A program made the translations under genes and the position numbers. A stretch of 64,000 nt of DNA, from positions 174,481 to 238,480 of the forward strand of contig JBAZWC010000001.1 of assembly GCA_041660565.1 (NCBI GenBank), given 5' to 3'. Below are positions 61,127 to 64,000 of this stretch, piece after piece; positions within the stretch are counted from its first letter, which is position 1; the number at the start of each line of letters is the position of its first letter. Origin of the DNA: Patescibacteria group bacterium. Lineage in GTDB: Bacteria; Patescibacteriota; UBA1384; CAJBMM01. The notes beneath the pieces were generated by a model. The model did not search any database. It was not told the DNA's origin and was given only the letters and a program-made list of their open reading frames with translations.

Positions 61127-63613
61127 TTATTTGGTAACAATATTTACCAGTTTATCCGGAACATAAATCACTTTTAATATTCCTTGGTTTAGCAACGGCG
61201 AAATTTTACTATCTTGTTTTGCCGCCGTAACAACTTCTGTTTCAGAAGTATGAATAGGTATGATAATCTTTGATCTTACTTTGCCATTAACTTGCACTAC
61301 AATGGTGACATTTTCATCAATTGCTAGTTTTGGATCAATTTTTGGCCAACTGGTATTAAATATTGATGTATCGTGTCCGATTTTTTGCCATAACTCTTCG
61401 ACCAAATGCGGCGCGAATGGCGCGAGTAGCTGTAATAAATATTCATATTGGGTGACGTTGATGGTTTTTAGGGTAGATAAATGGTTGGCAAATATCATTA
61501 GTTGAGAAATGGCGGTGTTGAACTGCATTTTTTCAATATCGCTTGTAACTTTAATAACGGACTTAGCGGTAATCAAATCAATTTGCTCTGAACCCTTGTC
61601 TTCTAGGAGTTCCGACAGGGATGCTGCTTTATACAAGAACCGCGATGACCCTTGGAGGCCTTGAATATCAAACGAGCACATTTCGTTCCAGCTGCCAATA
61701 AACATCATGTAAACTCTTAGCGCGTCTGCGCCAAACTTGGTAATTACATCGTCCGGGCTAACTACATTCCCTTTGGATTTGCTCATTTTTTCAACTTCAA
61801 CCGTTAATACTTCACTGGTCGATTTATGGAATGCCATTTCACCATCTACTACCACATCCGAAATATGAACGTATCGTCCGGCGGAATCTTTGTAGGCGTT
61901 TGCCAAAACTATTCCAACTGATTCCAACCGTTGAAATGGTTCAGATGTGGGCACCAACTTTTGGTCAAACAAAAACTTATGCCAGAATCGCGCGTAAAGC
62001 AAGTGTAAAACCGCATGTTCGGCGCCGCCCAAATAACAGTCAACAGGCAACCATTCTTTTAATAACGCTTGGCTAGCAAACTCAGCTTTATTTTGAGGGT
62101 CGATAAATCGCAAATAATACCAACACGAACCGGCCCACTGTGGCATGGTGTTAGTTTCGCGCTTAGCTGCCCCGCCACACTTGGGGCATTTTACATTTAC
62201 CCAATCAGAAATTGCAGCTAGCGGTGATTCACCGGTACCGGTTGGTTCGTACTTTTCAACCTCAGGTAATTTTACCGGCAGGTCTGCATCTGGCACCGGT
62301 ACCGCGCCACATTTATCACAGTGAATAATGGGAATGGGTTCGCCCCAGTATCGCTGGCGTGAAAATACCCAGTCTCTTAATTTGTATTGAGTTTTTAGTT
62401 CGGCTAGATGATTTTGGCTCAATTTCGCCACAATTTTCTTAGTTGCATCGTTAACAGTTAGACCATTGAACTCGCCTGAATTTTCTAATACACCGTCGCC
62501 AACGTATGGCAATTGTCCTTCACTATCTTTTGATTTTATTACCGAGATAATTGGTAGTTGATGTTTCTGAGCAAATGCATAGTCCCGTTCGTCGTGTGCC
62601 GGCACGGCCATAATGGCGCCGGTGCCGTAATGTGGCAAAACATAGTTGGCAATCCATATTGGAATTTTGGCATCGTTAACCGGATTTATAGCGTAAGTAC
62701 CGCTAAAAACGCCGGTTTTGGGCTTATCCACTGCAATGCGCTCAAACTCACTTATTTCGGCTGTATCCTTAATGTACCGCTCAACCTCAGCGCGCTGGTC
62801 TGGGCTGACTACTGAGCCAACCAGAGGGTGTTCTGGGGCAAGAACGACGTAGGTGGCACCAAACAAGGTGTCTAGACGGGTGGTGAATACTTCGGCCATC
62901 TGATTAGATTTTTCGAGTCTAAATTTGATTGTAGCGCCGTTAGATTTGCCAATCCAGTTTCGCTGCATTGTTATGATATGTTCCGGCCAATCTAATTGAT
63001 CTAAATCTGCTAATAATCGATCAGCATAGGCAGTAATTTTTAGCATCCACTGGCGCATATTGCGTTTTTCAACCAAAGTGCCGCAACGCTCGCATTTGCC
63101 GTTAATCACCTCTTCGTTTGCCAAACCGGTTTTGTCTTTGGGGCACCAATTAATTGGAACATCGGCTTCATAAGCCAAACCCGCCTTATACAGTTGGATA
63201 AATATCCACTGAGTCCATTTGTAATATTCCGGGTTGGTGGTATTGATTTCACGGTCCCAGTTATAGCCAAAACCTAACTCGGACATTTGACGCTTGATAT
63301 TAGAGATGTTTTTTGAGGTTGAAACGGTTGGATGAACCGAGTGCTTGATTGCGTAATTTTCAGCGGGCAGGCCAAATGCGTCCCATCCGGTTGGATGCAG
63401 CACCGAGTGACCATTCATCATTAAATATTTTGACAACACATCTGACGCGGTATAAATTCGCACGTGCCCAATATGCATGCCGTCTCCGGAAGGATACGGA
63501 AACATATCTAATACATATTTTTTACTTTTAGACGAAGTTGGGGCGTTAAATTGCTTGGAGTCAGCCCATATCTTTTGCCATTTATGATCAAGTTGCGGAA
63601 AGTCGTATTTCAT
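61127..63613 (-). CDS. leuS: Leucine--tRNA ligase
   Basis: MFPYPSGDGMHIGH, SRQRYWG, KMSKS. Confidence 0.97.
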   Translation of the reverse strand: MKYDFPQLDHKWQKIWADSKQFNAPTSSKSKKYVLDMFPYPSGDGMHIGHVRIYTASDVLSKYLMMNGHSVLHPTGWDAFGLPAENYAIKHSVHPTVSTSKNISNIKRQMSELGFGYNWDREINTTNPEYYKWTQWIFIQLYKAGLAYEADVPINWCPKDKTGLANEEVINGKCERCGTLVEKRNMRQWMLKITAYADRLLADLDQLDWPEHIITMQRNWIGKSNGATIKFRLEKSNQMAEVFTTRLDTLFGATYVVLAPEHPLVGSVVSPDQRAEVERYIKDTAEISEFERIAVDKPKTGVFSGTYAINPVNDAKIPIWIANYVLPHYGTGAIMAVPAHDERDYAFAQKHQLPIISVIKSKDSEGQLPYVGDGVLENSGEFNGLTVNDATKKIVAKLSQNHLAELKTQYKLRDWVFSRQRYWGEPIPIIHCDKCGAVPVPDADLPVKLPEVEKYEPTGTGESPLAAISDWVNVKCPKCGGAAKRETNTMPQWAGSCWYYLRFIDPQNKAEFASQALLKEWLPVDCYLGGAEHAVLHLLYARFWHKFLFDQKLVPTSEPFQRLESVGIVLANAYKDSAGRYVHISDVVVDGEMAFHKSTSEVLTVEVEKMSKSKGNVVSPDDVITKFGADALRVYMMFIGSWNEMCSFDIQGLQGSSRFLYKAASLSELLEDKGSEQIDLITAKSVIKVTSDIEKMQFNTAISQLMIFANHLSTLKTINVTQYEYLLQLLAPFAPHLVEELWQKIGHDTSIFNTSWPKIDPKLAIDENVTIVVQVNGKVRSKIIIPIHTSETEVVTAAKQDSKISPLLNQGILKVIYVPDKLVNIVTK

Positions 63614-63645
63614 AAGTTAACATTAGCATAAATATCATGAGCGGT

Positions 63646-63699
63646 GTAGGGGAGGACCCGTGTGTCCTCCCGCGGGCGGACATGTGAGTCCGCCCCTAC
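63646..63699. repeat. Paired GTAG-type REP (REPIN-like)
   Basis: GTAGGGGAGGAC...GTCCTCCC then GGGCGGAC...GTCCGCCCCTAC. Confidence 0.75.
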
Positions 63700-63763
63700 G
63701 ATGCTCGTAATGTACAATGTTGATATGGACTTTTGCCGTCATTTAAGTTACATTTTAATCAAG

Positions 63764-64000
63764 ATGAATCAAACCGATAGCTCAATTTATTCAAAAACTG
63801 GTAAGGGGCCAGATTTGATATTGCTTCATGGTTGGCGCAATGATCGATCAATTTTTGATAATATTGTCCCAGAGCTTGCCAAGAACTTCACTTGCTGGAC
63901 TATTGATTTGCCCGGTTTCGGCAGTAACCCTCGCCCAAAAACCAGTTGGGATATTAAACAATACGCTAACTACGTTAATCGCTTTATTGACGAGCATAAC
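63764..64000 (+). CDS. Alpha/beta hydrolase, 3'-truncated by window edge (not in ORF track)
   Basis: Manual translation GKGPDLILLHGW...TIDLPGFG. Confidence 0.85.
   Translation, partial: MNQTDSSIYSKTGKGPDLILLHGWRNDRSIFDNIVPELAKNFTCWTIDLPGFGSNPRPKTSWDIKQYANYVNRFIDEHN

Overview
Bacterial chromosome segment in genetic code 11. Its gene content and style suggest a reduced-genome Patescibacteria/CPR organism (inference: VirD4-like ATPase, DUF3048, LytR-C, PEGA, tandem gpmI, bifunctional Pgi/Pmi, sortase, many apparently leaderless genes). The AT-rich backbone is mostly on the minus strand and carries secDF, gmk, ftsAZ, trxA, eno, lexA, clpC, nusA, mreB, rsgA, tRNA-Leu(CAA), gpmI x2, rnc, nusB, rpmF and leuS. 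About 13 compositionally distinct GC-rich, A-poor stand-alone transcription units are dispersed between backbone genes. Each has an AT-rich sigma70 promoter, a strong SD, orphan or divergent ORF(s) and a GC hairpin terminator. One unit is an effector-less retron-like locus: an msr/msd-like ncRNA with an a1/a2 stem and TTAGC branch motif, plus an RT with NAxxH but YADN. Others encode two paralogs resembling DGR-target lectin-like proteins, two TrpF-like TIM-barrel paralogs, an ECF sigma factor and a gene behind a ~310-nt structured leader. Two cassettes are bracketed by direct repeats (a duplicated promoter; a duplicated gpmI 3' end). The window also has two GIY-YIG genes enclosed by perfect 33-35 bp REP-like inverted repeats and several families of small intergenic repeats. 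No database searches or folding programs were run; all calls come from motif reading and manual alignment.
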